Below are positions 9,898-17,309 of a DNA stretch of 53,975 nt, one piece after another. The DNA is taken from NCBI GenBank assembly GCA_965370435.1, contig CBDUUP010000001.1, positions 1 to 53,975 of the forward strand, in the 5' to 3' direction. Positions within the stretch are counted from its first letter, which is position 1; every line of letters begins with the position of its first letter. The notes under the pieces are model-generated. The model was not told where the DNA came from. It searched no databases and saw nothing but the letters and a program-made list of their open reading frames with translations. Origin of the DNA: an uncultured Anaerolineales bacterium (GTDB lineage: Bacteria; Chloroflexota; Anaerolineae; Anaerolineales; UBA11579). Made by a program: the position numbers and the translations under genes.

Positions 9898-9921
9898 TAA
9901 CTTTTACGAAGTCTACCGTAG

Positions 9922-10782
9922 CTAAATTGTTTCAAACCAATCGTGGTCAACGGTAATTTGATCGACTTCGATTTTCTCTGTATGTACACCAAGAGAAAGT
10001 TCTTTGAGCTTGTCTACAAGTAGCTCACCGTCAATCAAATCAATAGCAGGTGCTCCATCTCTAGTAGCCTCTCTCATAGCATCTTTCGTGAACGTCCCAG
10101 TCGTTATCAACAATCCTTTATCTGCCCGTCCCACCATGGCACCACGAAAATCTCGAACTTGTCCGGGGTTTACAGAACCTTTATAACGTTTGCATTGGAA
10201 TATTACATGGAAACTTAACAGACCGCCTAGACGCATGATGCCCTTCCCATCGATTCCACCATCTCCACTTTGTCCAGTGACCTCTACTTGCACAAAACCG
10301 GACTCACGTAGTAACCTTTGTGTTAGCCTTTCAAAGGCTGATGGAGACATATTTTGTATTGTATTCAGGAGTTCATCACGCCAAGTAATTGCATCTTCTG
10401 GTTCTACGGATTCATCTTCAACCAATGCGAGTTGTAACTTTTCTTTTTTTATTTGCTCCTTGACGACTCGAACAATCTCTTTTCCATCGACGTTTTCAGT
10501 TTTCCTCCCCAGAGGCGTCAACGCCCAAACCCCCCGGCTAGAATTTTCAAGTACTTCAAATCTTTTTAGATAAGTTCTCGACCAAGCGAGCCTGTATTCA
10601 AATTTCGTTCTGCCACTTCTTTCAGGGTTTTGTAACACCTCAAGTTGTTCATCTGAGAGTTCCATAATTTCTGAGACTTTATTGTCAATTTCCTCGATGG
10701 TGCCTGACCCGCCAAGAATTTTGATAGCCTTAATTAAAGGATTCATCATTGTGTCAAAGGTTGGAACTTTTACATCGGTCAT
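9922..10782 (-). CDS. mrr: Mrr-family type IV restriction endonuclease
   Basis: 286 aa. The N-terminal winged-helix Mrr_N-like part begins PTFDTMMNPLIKAIKILGG. The C-terminal catalytic part carries GDGGIDGKG and FQCKRY. AT-rich relative to flanks. Confidence 0.85.
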   Translation of the reverse strand: MTDVKVPTFDTMMNPLIKAIKILGGSGTIEEIDNKVSEIMELSDEQLEVLQNPERSGRTKFEYRLAWSRTYLKRFEVLENSSRGVWALTPLGRKTENVDGKEIVRVVKEQIKKEKLQLALVEDESVEPEDAITWRDELLNTIQNMSPSAFERLTQRLLRESGFVQVEVTGQSGDGGIDGKGIMRLGGLLSFHVIFQCKRYKGSVNPGQVRDFRGAMVGRADKGLLITTGTFTKDAMREATRDGAPAIDLIDGELLVDKLKELSLGVHTEKIEVDQITVDHDWFETI

Positions 10783-10855
10783 CAGCGCTCTCCCTAATTC
10801 ATATCAAATTGATAATCAAGCTTGATAGTTGTGTATATTTGCCATTGCACAACCC

Positions 10856-10884
10856 ATTATACAGAATTTCTCTCCTCCACACAA
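10856..10884 (-). promoter_or_regulatory. candidate sigma70-type promoter for mrr (TTGTGT-N17-TATAAT)
   Basis: Read on the minus strand. GGGAGAG SD precedes the ATG at 10782. Confidence 0.3.
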
Positions 10885-10892
10885 CACGAAAT

Positions 10893-11005
10893 CCCAATCA
10901 CTACACCCCATTCGCAACCCACCATTCACAGTCCACAACTCGCAACCCGCAATCCACTACCCATTGACCACTATCCATTGTTCACTAATCACTGTCAACT
11001 ACCCT
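10893..11005. repeat. tile repeat, CAGTG/GGTAGT family (C2, right arm around mrr, inverted relative to C1)
   Basis: The reverse complement reads gggtagttgacagtgattagtgaacaatggatagtggtcaatgggtagtgg. It uses the same words as C1. Confidence 0.55.
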
Positions 11006-11016
11006 CCCCTCCATAG

Positions 11017-11022
11017 TATAAT
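11017..11022 (+). promoter_or_regulatory. candidate -10 box (TATAAT) for the DUF1232-like gene pair
   Basis: The context is catagtataatcc. No convincing -35. GGAGG SD lies 5 nt before ATG 11063. Confidence 0.3.
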
Positions 11023-11062
11023 CCTAATCCTCTCAACAACTCTCCACGCCCCGGAGGCAACC

Positions 11063-11398
11063 ATGACCGACGACCGACAGATCATCCCATCCGACCCGAA
11101 AGAGGAAGAAGACGGCGCTGTTCAAAGCCTGTTCAATCAGTTAAAATTGGTCTGGCGCTTGATAACTGACGGACGGGTAAGCTTTTTGCTCAAACTCTTG
11201 CCCTTTGGCTCACTGGTTTACCTGATCATGCCCGACCTCATCCCCTTCATCATAGACGACGCTATCATTCTCACCGCGGGGCTGTATCTCTTCGTGGAGC
11301 TTTGCCCCGACGACATCGTGGAGGAGCACCGCGCCGCCATCGAGGGGCGGGAACCGGAAGGCGATATCGTCGAAGGGGAATTCAAGGAAGAGGAATGA
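11063..11398 (+). CDS. small membrane protein, DUF1232/YkvA-like
   Basis: Start at ATG 11063 with a GGAGG SD. The motif is LIMPDLIPFIIDDAIILTAGLYLF, and the C-terminus is acidic. The ORF-track start at 10829 runs through repeat DNA. Confidence 0.5.
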   Translation: MTDDRQIIPSDPKEEEDGAVQSLFNQLKLVWRLITDGRVSFLLKLLPFGSLVYLIMPDLIPFIIDDAIILTAGLYLFVELCPDDIVEEHRAAIEGREPEGDIVEGEFKEEE

Positions 11399-11404
11399 AA
11401 TGCC

Positions 11405-11761
11405 ATGACCGATAACGGCAACGACACCCCCCAAAAAGGTATCTTTCAAGGAATCATGCGTCAGATCAAGCTGGTCTGGATGTTGTGGAACGACAACCGG
11501 GTGCATCCCCTGCTCAAGCTGATCCCGATGGGGTCAATCTTGTATTGGCTTATCCCATTCGACATCCCCGGCCCCGTGGACGACGCGGCCGTCATTTGGT
11601 TCAGCGCAACCCTGTTCGTCGAACTCTGCCCGGCGGACATTGTGGCCGAGTACCGGGCCATATTGGATGGCAAAAATGGGGACAACATCGTGATCGATGC
11701 CGAGGAGGTTGTTGAGAAAGAGAAGACTAGAGGGACTTCCAAATATGACCGCAATTACTGA
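11405..11761 (+). CDS. small membrane protein, DUF1232/YkvA-like (tandem paralogue)
   Basis: Same layout as the upstream gene: LVWMLWNDNRV, LIPFDIPGPVDDAAVIWFSATLF and ELCPADIVAEYRA. Confidence 0.5.
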   Translation: MTDNGNDTPQKGIFQGIMRQIKLVWMLWNDNRVHPLLKLIPMGSILYWLIPFDIPGPVDDAAVIWFSATLFVELCPADIVAEYRAILDGKNGDNIVIDAEEVVEKEKTRGTSKYDRNY

Positions 11762-11764
11762 AAA

Positions 11765-11934
11765 ACTGAATCGCTGAGGGGGAGAGGGGAACAGTTTATA
11801 AACTTAACCACAAAGGCGCTAAGTGCTAAGTTAAGATGATTATTGTACTTCTTTCCTGCTTTATAGAAATCAATAGTACCCTGAGTTTCTCAGGAAAAAA
11901 GTTTTTCAGTGTTTCAGTGATTCAGCGATTCAGT
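11765..11934. repeat. gene-less AT-rich element with 13-bp perfect terminal inverted repeat
   Basis: actgaatcgctga at 11765-11777 pairs with tcagcgattcagt at 11922-11934. Inside are the palindrome gtttataaac and the hairpin cctgag-ttt-ctcagg. Confidence 0.55.
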
Positions 11935-12053
11935 GTTTCAATCTTTGTACAACATATAGCTTATCTATGCACTAAGTGGGCAAACACGCTCAATTGAACA
12001 AAGACGCTCATCTAATCTAGCCTCCGGTTCATCTCCCTAGCCCAAACGTCCTC

Positions 12054-12082
12054 TTTACCCGTCTCCTCCCCTCGTGTATAAT
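12054..12082 (+). promoter_or_regulatory. candidate promoter TTTACC-N17-TATAAT
   Basis: The spacing is exactly 17 nt. An ATG at 12089 sits 7 nt downstream of the -10 box. Confidence 0.45.
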
Positions 12083-12153
12083 CCATCCATGTTCAACCCA
12101 GCCCCTAGCGCAAGGAAATAAGGAAACTCCCGGTCTAGCAGCGACCCCTGCGG

Positions 12154-12182
12154 CGGCTCTCAGACCCGGAGAGCCGTTTTTT
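12154..12182 (+). terminator. intrinsic terminator / attenuator hairpin upstream of mazG-like gene
   Basis: The stem is cggctctc (12154-12161) pairing with gagagccg (12169-12176), with a 7-nt loop followed by TTTTTT. Confidence 0.6.
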
Positions 12183-12198
12183 GTACTACAATTGCCTC

Positions 12199-12513
12199 AT
12201 GAACCTCCAAGAACTCACCCAGGCCATGCACGATTTTGTGCGCTCGCAGGGCTGGTACCAGCCGGACAGCCCCCGCCCCCAGACTCCGCGCAACCTGGCG
12301 GCTTCGCTGGTGTTGGAGGCCGCCGAAGTCCTGGAGCACTTCCAATGGAATGGCGATGTAGATGATAAAGAGGCCCTGGCCAGTGAGTTGGCCGACGTGG
12401 CCCTCTACTTGCTGCAAATCTCCAGCATCTGCGAGATAGACCTGGAAAAAGCCATCCTCGCCAAGCTGGAACAAAACTACACCCGAACCTGGGATGAGGA
12501 GGTTGAACGTTAG
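12199..12513 (+). CDS. MazG-like nucleoside triphosphate pyrophosphohydrolase (small all-alpha type)
   Basis: About 104 aa. The acidic motifs LVLEAAEVLEHFQW and ELADVALYLLQI are typical of the MazG/dCTPase-like fold. ATG 12199 was preferred over TTG 12181. Confidence 0.7.
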   Translation: MNLQELTQAMHDFVRSQGWYQPDSPRPQTPRNLAASLVLEAAEVLEHFQWNGDVDDKEALASELADVALYLLQISSICEIDLEKAILAKLEQNYTRTWDEEVER

Positions 12514-12556
12514 AAAGTTAGAACGTTTAAACGTTCTAACGTTGAAACGTGTAACG
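12501..12556. repeat. AACGTT tile patch (A1) with 22-bp perfect palindrome
   Basis: Four AACGTT copies in ~45 nt. ttagaacgtttaaacgttctaa (12518-12539) is a perfect palindrome. The patch overlaps the mazG-like stop codon. Confidence 0.75.
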
Positions 12557-12559
12557 CCT

Positions 12560-13657
12560 ATGACATCACAACCGATACCCGAATCAAACGGCCTGCTCAG
12601 CGACCCGCGTCCCTGGGCCTTCACCCGCGCGGAACTGACCGCCGCTCTGCGCCGCCACACCGGCGACCCCAGCCTGGTGATCGAGAACCTGAAAGGCAAC
12701 GACATCACTCAGCGACGCCCGGCTATCGGGCGTTTCCGCGGCCTGCTGGTCACCGCGGAGGGCAAGGTGACTGGCAAGCATACATTCACGCTGGTGCTCA
12801 AAGAGCCGCAAGGCGCAACCCGCAAAGGCACCGCCGGAGTCGGCCGCCGCGAAGTGTCGCTGTACCAGATCCTGGCCGACCACCTTCCCGTGCGGGTGCC
12901 CCAGCTTTTTGCCGCCCATCCGGGCGGAGATTGGCTGGTGATGGAACTGCTGCCCATAGGCCGCCTGCCCGAACAATGGACCGCCGACGACTATCTGCTG
13001 GCAACCGACCAACTCGTCGCCCTGCACGACCGGTTCTGGAATTTGGGCGAGGACCTCAATGTCTACAATTGGCTGGCCCGCCCGCTGGACTCGGACTTCC
13101 AGATCCACGTCAAGGCCGCCGCCTATGGGATGGAACGCCTGGTGGAAAACGCCCTGTCCACCCTGCTGACCGACGACCCCGACCTGGCCCAGATATTCTC
13201 CCGGCTCATCAGCCAGGCTGACAAGATCAGCGAGAGCCTGTTGGCGCAGCCCGCCACCCTGCTGCACGGCGACTATTGGCCCGGCAACGTCCACGTCCAT
13301 AAGGACGGCACTTTGACGGTCTACGACTGGCAGCACGCCGGTATCGGCCCGGGGGTGCTGGATCTATTATCCTTTGTGCAAGCCAGCCGGTGGTGGTTCG
13401 ACCCCCTGCCCATAGACCCCGCCGACATCATCCAGCACTACCGCAAGAGCCTGCAGGAGGCCTCAGGCCACAAATGGAGCCAAAAAGATTGGGAAGCCCA
13501 ATGGGATAACGCCCTTTTGTGGACTTTCGTGGCCCGTTGGGTGGATCTGCTGGCTGCCATCCCCGAACCCATCCTGCAATCCCGCCACGAACTGCTGGAA
13601 AGCGTCTGGCTGAAACCGGTGCGAGAAGCGGCCGCCCGCTGCCTGGTGGAGGTATAA
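12560..13657 (+). CDS. phosphotransferase of the APH/choline-kinase fold
   Basis: LLHGDYWPGNVHV (catalytic loop) and VYDWQHAGIGPGVLDL. Start chosen at ATG 12560. The ORF-track start at 12494 reads through the AACGTT tile. Confidence 0.7.
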   Translation: MTSQPIPESNGLLSDPRPWAFTRAELTAALRRHTGDPSLVIENLKGNDITQRRPAIGRFRGLLVTAEGKVTGKHTFTLVLKEPQGATRKGTAGVGRREVSLYQILADHLPVRVPQLFAAHPGGDWLVMELLPIGRLPEQWTADDYLLATDQLVALHDRFWNLGEDLNVYNWLARPLDSDFQIHVKAAAYGMERLVENALSTLLTDDPDLAQIFSRLISQADKISESLLAQPATLLHGDYWPGNVHVHKDGTLTVYDWQHAGIGPGVLDLLSFVQASRWWFDPLPIDPADIIQHYRKSLQEASGHKWSQKDWEAQWDNALLWTFVARWVDLLAAIPEPILQSRHELLESVWLKPVREAAARCLVEV

Positions 13658-13660
13658 CCC

Positions 13661-14203
13661 ATGCGCGTCACCGTCTTCGGCGGTTCCAAACCCAAGCCGG
13701 GGGAAGCGGCTTACCTAGAAGCCCTGCATCTGGGGCGGCTGCTGGGAGAGGCGGACTGCACGGTGCTCACCGGCGGCTACATCGGGACCATGGAAGCGAT
13801 CTCGCGGGGGGCCAACGAGGCCGGGGGCCATGTCATCGGCGTCACCTGCGATCAGATCGAGTCCTGGCGTCCGTTGAAGTCCAATGATTGGGTGCAGGAG
13901 GAGATGCGCTTCCCCACCCTGCGCCAGCGCCTTTACGCCCTGATCGATGAGTGCCAGGCCGCCATCGCCCTGCCCGGCGGAATCGGCACCCTGGCGGAGA
14001 TCGCCATCATGTGGAGCCAGTTCCAAACCCACGCCAGCGCGCCCCGCCCGCTGATCCTGGTCGGCGAGGGCTGGCAGGCCACCTTCGACCAATTCACCGC
14101 CTCGTTAGGCGACTACGTCCCCCCAGAACATCTCCCCCTCCTGACCTTCGCCGACGACGTAGAAGCCGCCTTCAAAACCCTCCAGCAAATAACCAAAACA
14201 TGA
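13661..14203 (+). CDS. LOG/TIGR00725-type Rossmann-fold nucleotide-binding protein (possible nucleotide N-glycosidase)
   Basis: VTVFGGS, LTGGYIGTMEAISRGA and the ALPGGIGTLAEI (PGGxGTxxE) motif. The ATG lies 3 nt after the kinase stop. Confidence 0.7.
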   Translation: MRVTVFGGSKPKPGEAAYLEALHLGRLLGEADCTVLTGGYIGTMEAISRGANEAGGHVIGVTCDQIESWRPLKSNDWVQEEMRFPTLRQRLYALIDECQAAIALPGGIGTLAEIAIMWSQFQTHASAPRPLILVGEGWQATFDQFTASLGDYVPPEHLPLLTFADDVEAAFKTLQQITKT

Positions 14204-14235
14204 CCAAACAGCGCCCTTACGAGCTTAATCTTCAT

Positions 14236-14302
14236 CCTTGTCTACTTGTTTACCTGTTTCCCTGTCTACCCGCACTAACTAACTACCCAACTACCTAACT
14301 CC
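14236..14302. repeat. tile repeat, CTTGT/CTGTTT words followed by AACTA words (B1)
   Basis: ccttgtctacttgtttacctgtttccctgtctaccc followed by gcactaactaactacccaactacctaac. Confidence 0.55.
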
Positions 14303-14313
14303 TCCAAAATCCC

Positions 14314-15747
14314 ATGAGCGAAGACAAACTCCCCTCCCACAGCGATAATTTTTCCGACTGGTACAACCAACTGGTGGTCAAGGCCGAACTGGCCGACTAC
14401 GCCCCGGTGCGGGGCTGCATGGTGGTGCGGCCTTATGGCTGGGCCATGTGGGAAAACATCCAGAGCGCCCTGGACCGGCGGTTCAAGGCCACCGGCCACG
14501 TCAACGCCGCCTTCCCCCTGTTCATCCCCATGTCCTTCATAGAGAAGGAATCCCAGCACGTGGAGGGCTTCGCGCCGGAGTTGGCGGTGGTCACCCACGG
14601 CGGCGGCGAGGAGCTGACCGAGCCGCTGGTGGTGCGCCCCACCTCCGAGACCATCATCGGCTACTTCTACGCTAAATGGATCAAATCTTACCGGGACCTG
14701 CCGGTGCTCATCAACCAGTGGGCCAACGTGGTGCGCTGGGAAATGCGCACCAAGCTCTTCCTGCGCACCCTGGAATTCTACTGGCAGGAAGGCCACACCG
14801 CCCACGCCACCCACGAGGAGGCCGAAGAAGAAACCCTCCAGATGCTGGACATCTACGCCGACTTCGCGGTGAACGACGCGGCGGTCCCCGTTGTCCAGGG
14901 CCGCAAGACCGAGAGCGAGCGGTTCGCCGGGGCCTTGCGCTCCTACACCATCGAGGCCATGATGGGAGACAAACGCGCCCTGCAATCGGGCACCTCCCAC
15001 AACCTGGGACAGAACTTCGCCAAAGCCTTCGACATCCAATACCTGGACCGGAAGAATGACCTGATCCACTGCTGGACGACATCCTGGGGCCTCTCCACCC
15101 GCTTCATCGGGGCCATCATTATGACCCACGGCGACCAGCAGGGTTTGATCCTGCCGCCCAAGCTGGCCCCCATTCAGGCCGTCATCGTCCCCATTTACCG
15201 GGATGACGAAGCGAAAAGCGTGGTGATGCCGGTTGTAGAACGGATTGAGCGCGAGCTGGCCGACTTCCGGATCAAAGTGGACCACCGGGAGGAGGTCACC
15301 CCCGGATTCAAGTTCAACGATTGGGAGATGCGGGGCGTGCCTCTGCGCATTGAGATCGGCCCCAAAGACGTGGAGAAAAACAGCGTGGCCCTGGCTCGCC
15401 GGGATGTCCCCGGCAAGCAGGGCAAATCCTTCGTCCCTCAGGAGAACCTGGAGGCTCAGGTCGCCGAGATGCTGATCGAGATACAGGCCTCGCTTTACGA
15501 CCGAGCGCTGGCCTTCCGGGAGGCCAACACCCACGACACAAAAAACTACGCCGAATTCCAAGAGGCAGTCAAGGACGGTTGGGCCTTCGCCTGGTGGTGC
15601 GGCGACGCCGAGTGCGAGGCCAAGATCAAGGAAGAGACCAAAGCTTCCACCCGCTGCATCCCCCTGGAGCAACCCGGCGGGGAGGGGAAATGTGTTTACT
15701 GCGATAAACCGGCGGAGGAGAAGGTCTATTTTGCCCGCGCTTATTAA
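14314..15747 (+). CDS. proS: prolyl-tRNA synthetase, archaeal/eukaryote-like short type
   Basis: 477 aa. The N-terminus reads FSDWYNQLVVKAELADY..VRGCMVVRPYG. Class II motifs are present, and the C-terminal end is a Zn-type CVYC. Confidence 0.93.
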   Translation: MSEDKLPSHSDNFSDWYNQLVVKAELADYAPVRGCMVVRPYGWAMWENIQSALDRRFKATGHVNAAFPLFIPMSFIEKESQHVEGFAPELAVVTHGGGEELTEPLVVRPTSETIIGYFYAKWIKSYRDLPVLINQWANVVRWEMRTKLFLRTLEFYWQEGHTAHATHEEAEEETLQMLDIYADFAVNDAAVPVVQGRKTESERFAGALRSYTIEAMMGDKRALQSGTSHNLGQNFAKAFDIQYLDRKNDLIHCWTTSWGLSTRFIGAIIMTHGDQQGLILPPKLAPIQAVIVPIYRDDEAKSVVMPVVERIERELADFRIKVDHREEVTPGFKFNDWEMRGVPLRIEIGPKDVEKNSVALARRDVPGKQGKSFVPQENLEAQVAEMLIEIQASLYDRALAFREANTHDTKNYAEFQEAVKDGWAFAWWCGDAECEAKIKEETKASTRCIPLEQPGGEGKCVYCDKPAEEKVYFARAY

Positions 15748-15758
15748 CATTAATTTTC

Positions 15759-15787
15759 GTAGGGGCGACCCGCCGGGTCGCCCCTAC
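15759..15787. repeat. GC-rich REP-like hairpin (D1)
   Basis: gtaggggcgaccc-gcc-gggtcgcccctac gives a 13-bp perfect stem. No U-tract follows. Confidence 0.65.
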
Positions 15788-15807
15788 ACCATATCTTCCA
15801 TATCCCC

Positions 15808-16614
15808 ATGCCTGCGATACAACTAGAACGCCTCAAAGCCCAGGCCGCTGAACTGGCGGAGCATTTTGGCAGCCCAGCGGCCTTTGTCCATCGCCTCCAC
15901 GGCCTGCTGGACTTCTACGCCGACAGGACCCGCCGCCCCGGACTAACCGGCGCGCCGCCCCCCCTGATCCCGGCGTATCAGGCAGCCCCACCGGTGCTGC
16001 GCCAGGTCATCCGCGCATTGGCTCCCCAGGCCGCCAAAGATATTGAGGCCTCCCTGGCTCTGGCCGATGCCCTGTGGGCCGAAGACTACCTGGAATGCCG
16101 CCTATTGGCCGCCCAACTGCTGGGCGTCCTCTCCCCCTCCCCCTCCGAACCTATCCTGGAACGCGTGTCTGCCTGGGCGCAGGCGGAGCGAGAAGATCAG
16201 GCCCTGACAGCCCTGTTCAACCAGGGATTGGCCCCCATGATCGCCGAAAACCCGGATGCGGTCCTCGCTTTGGCGGACGGATGGCTCACCGCCACCCAGC
16301 GCAACGCCAAGATCCTGGGGCTGCGGGTTCTGGCCGCCCTGCTGGAAGACTCCAGCTTCGAGAACCTGCCCGCCGTGTTCCGCCTGCTGGGTCCCTCGGC
16401 GCAGAGCGCGCCCTCGGCCCTGCGCCCCCACTTGCTCAAGGTGATCCAGGCTCTGGCCCGCCGCTCCCCCCCGGAGACGGCCTTCTTCCTGCGGCAGACC
16501 CTTGCCCGGGAGTCCGGCGCGCCCGGCCCCGCTTGGCTGGCGCGCAAAAGCCTGGACGCCTTCCCCGAAGAGAACCAGATCAGTTTGAGGGAGGCGTTGA
16601 AGCGGGGGGGGTGA
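15808..16614 (+). CDS. hypothetical helical-repeat protein (HEAT-like, faint resemblance to AlkD-type DNA alkylation repair family)
   Basis: 268-aa Ala/Leu-rich ORF predicted to be all-alpha. No catalytic motif recognised. Confidence 0.35.
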   Translation: MPAIQLERLKAQAAELAEHFGSPAAFVHRLHGLLDFYADRTRRPGLTGAPPPLIPAYQAAPPVLRQVIRALAPQAAKDIEASLALADALWAEDYLECRLLAAQLLGVLSPSPSEPILERVSAWAQAEREDQALTALFNQGLAPMIAENPDAVLALADGWLTATQRNAKILGLRVLAALLEDSSFENLPAVFRLLGPSAQSAPSALRPHLLKVIQALARRSPPETAFFLRQTLARESGAPGPAWLARKSLDAFPEENQISLREALKRGG

Positions 16615-16668
16615 TGAGGTAGTTATCAGGCCAAAAATCCCATCCTCCCCAAATTCCCCCCTTTTTGG

Positions 16669-16677
16669 TGGTATAAT
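16669..16677 (+). promoter_or_regulatory. extended -10 element (TGgTATAAT) for rpsO
   Basis: tggtataat lies ~87 nt upstream of ATG 16764. Confidence 0.45.
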
Positions 16678-16763
16678 CTAGGCCGTTGACTCGACCGGTT
16701 GGCGGCTGATAAGGCTGCTGGCTAGGAGACCTGCTACAAAAACCAAAGGAGAAGGCAGACGTC

Positions 16764-17036
16764 ATGCCATTAGACAAAGAGATTAAAACCAAAGTAATTG
16801 AAGAGTATCACCGCCACGAGAACGACACCGGCTCGCCCGAAGTGCAGATTGCCATTTTGACCAACCGCATCACCCATCTCACCGGCCACCTGCAAGAGCA
16901 CAAGCACGACGAATCCTCCCGCCGGGGGCTGCTCAAGATGGTCGGGCGAAGACGGCGATTACTGCGCTATCTGCGCAACCAAGACTACCACGGCTACTTG
17001 GCGATCACCGACAGCTTGAAGATTCGCCGCAAATAA
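16764..17036 (+). CDS. rpsO: 30S ribosomal protein S15
   Basis: 90 aa. [49 protein letters not shown] is a classical S15 sequence. Confidence 0.95.
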   Translation: MPLDKEIKTKVIEEYHRHENDTGSPEVQIAILTNRITHLTGHLQEHKHDESSRRGLLKMVGRRRRLLRYLRNQDYHGYLAITDSLKIRRK

Positions 17037-17051
17037 CCTGTCACCCCGGAT

Positions 17052-17080
17052 AGATGGCGGTTTCCCCGCCATCTACTTTT
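17052..17080 (+). terminator. rpsO terminator/attenuator hairpin
   Basis: agatggcgg-tttcc-ccgccatct (9-bp stem) followed by acttttat. Confidence 0.6.
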
Positions 17081-17228
17081 ATCTACTGCGAATAGAAAAC
17101 AGCGATGCTTTGCAACCAACCGACCTGGGGGTTGCTTTAGCCGCCGGACCACAAGAATTTGAACTGACAGAAATTATATCCTTTATCCCCCCTAACTCTG
17201 CCCGATGGTTAGGCATTGGAGAGTGGGA

Positions 17229-17259
17229 ACAACGACTCAAGCTGTAAGACTGTCGTTGT
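17229..17259 (+). promoter_or_regulatory. stem-loop in pnp 5' leader (possible RNase III/autoregulation site)
   Basis: acaacgac (17229-17236) pairs with gtcgttgt (17252-17259). Function is assumed only by analogy with the E. coli pnp leader. Confidence 0.3.
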
Positions 17260-17309
17260 CCGCAGTTTCCAGTCCCTAACTAGGCGGGCCACCTCAATAG
17301 GAGCTACAG

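Noticed and set aside
12501-12556. Whether the tile patches (also 38498, 49014, 29106, 44297) could be CRISPR arrays.
   Set aside because: Their words are 5-12 nt long, imperfect and directly abutting. There are no constant 25-40-nt repeats, no unique spacers and no cas genes.
14275-15750. A 491-aa ORF antisense to the whole of proS. Similar long antisense ORFs lie at 27523-29226 (opposite murE), 31380-32927 (opposite nuoN), 8157-9302 (opposite recJ), 18549-19613 (opposite pnp), 41538-42584, 12584-13336 and 919-1788.
   Set aside because: High-GC coding DNA is poor in stop codons on the opposite strand. These ORFs have Arg/Gly/Pro/Ala-rich low-complexity translations with no motifs or SD sequences, and each lies opposite a gene with unmistakable family signatures.
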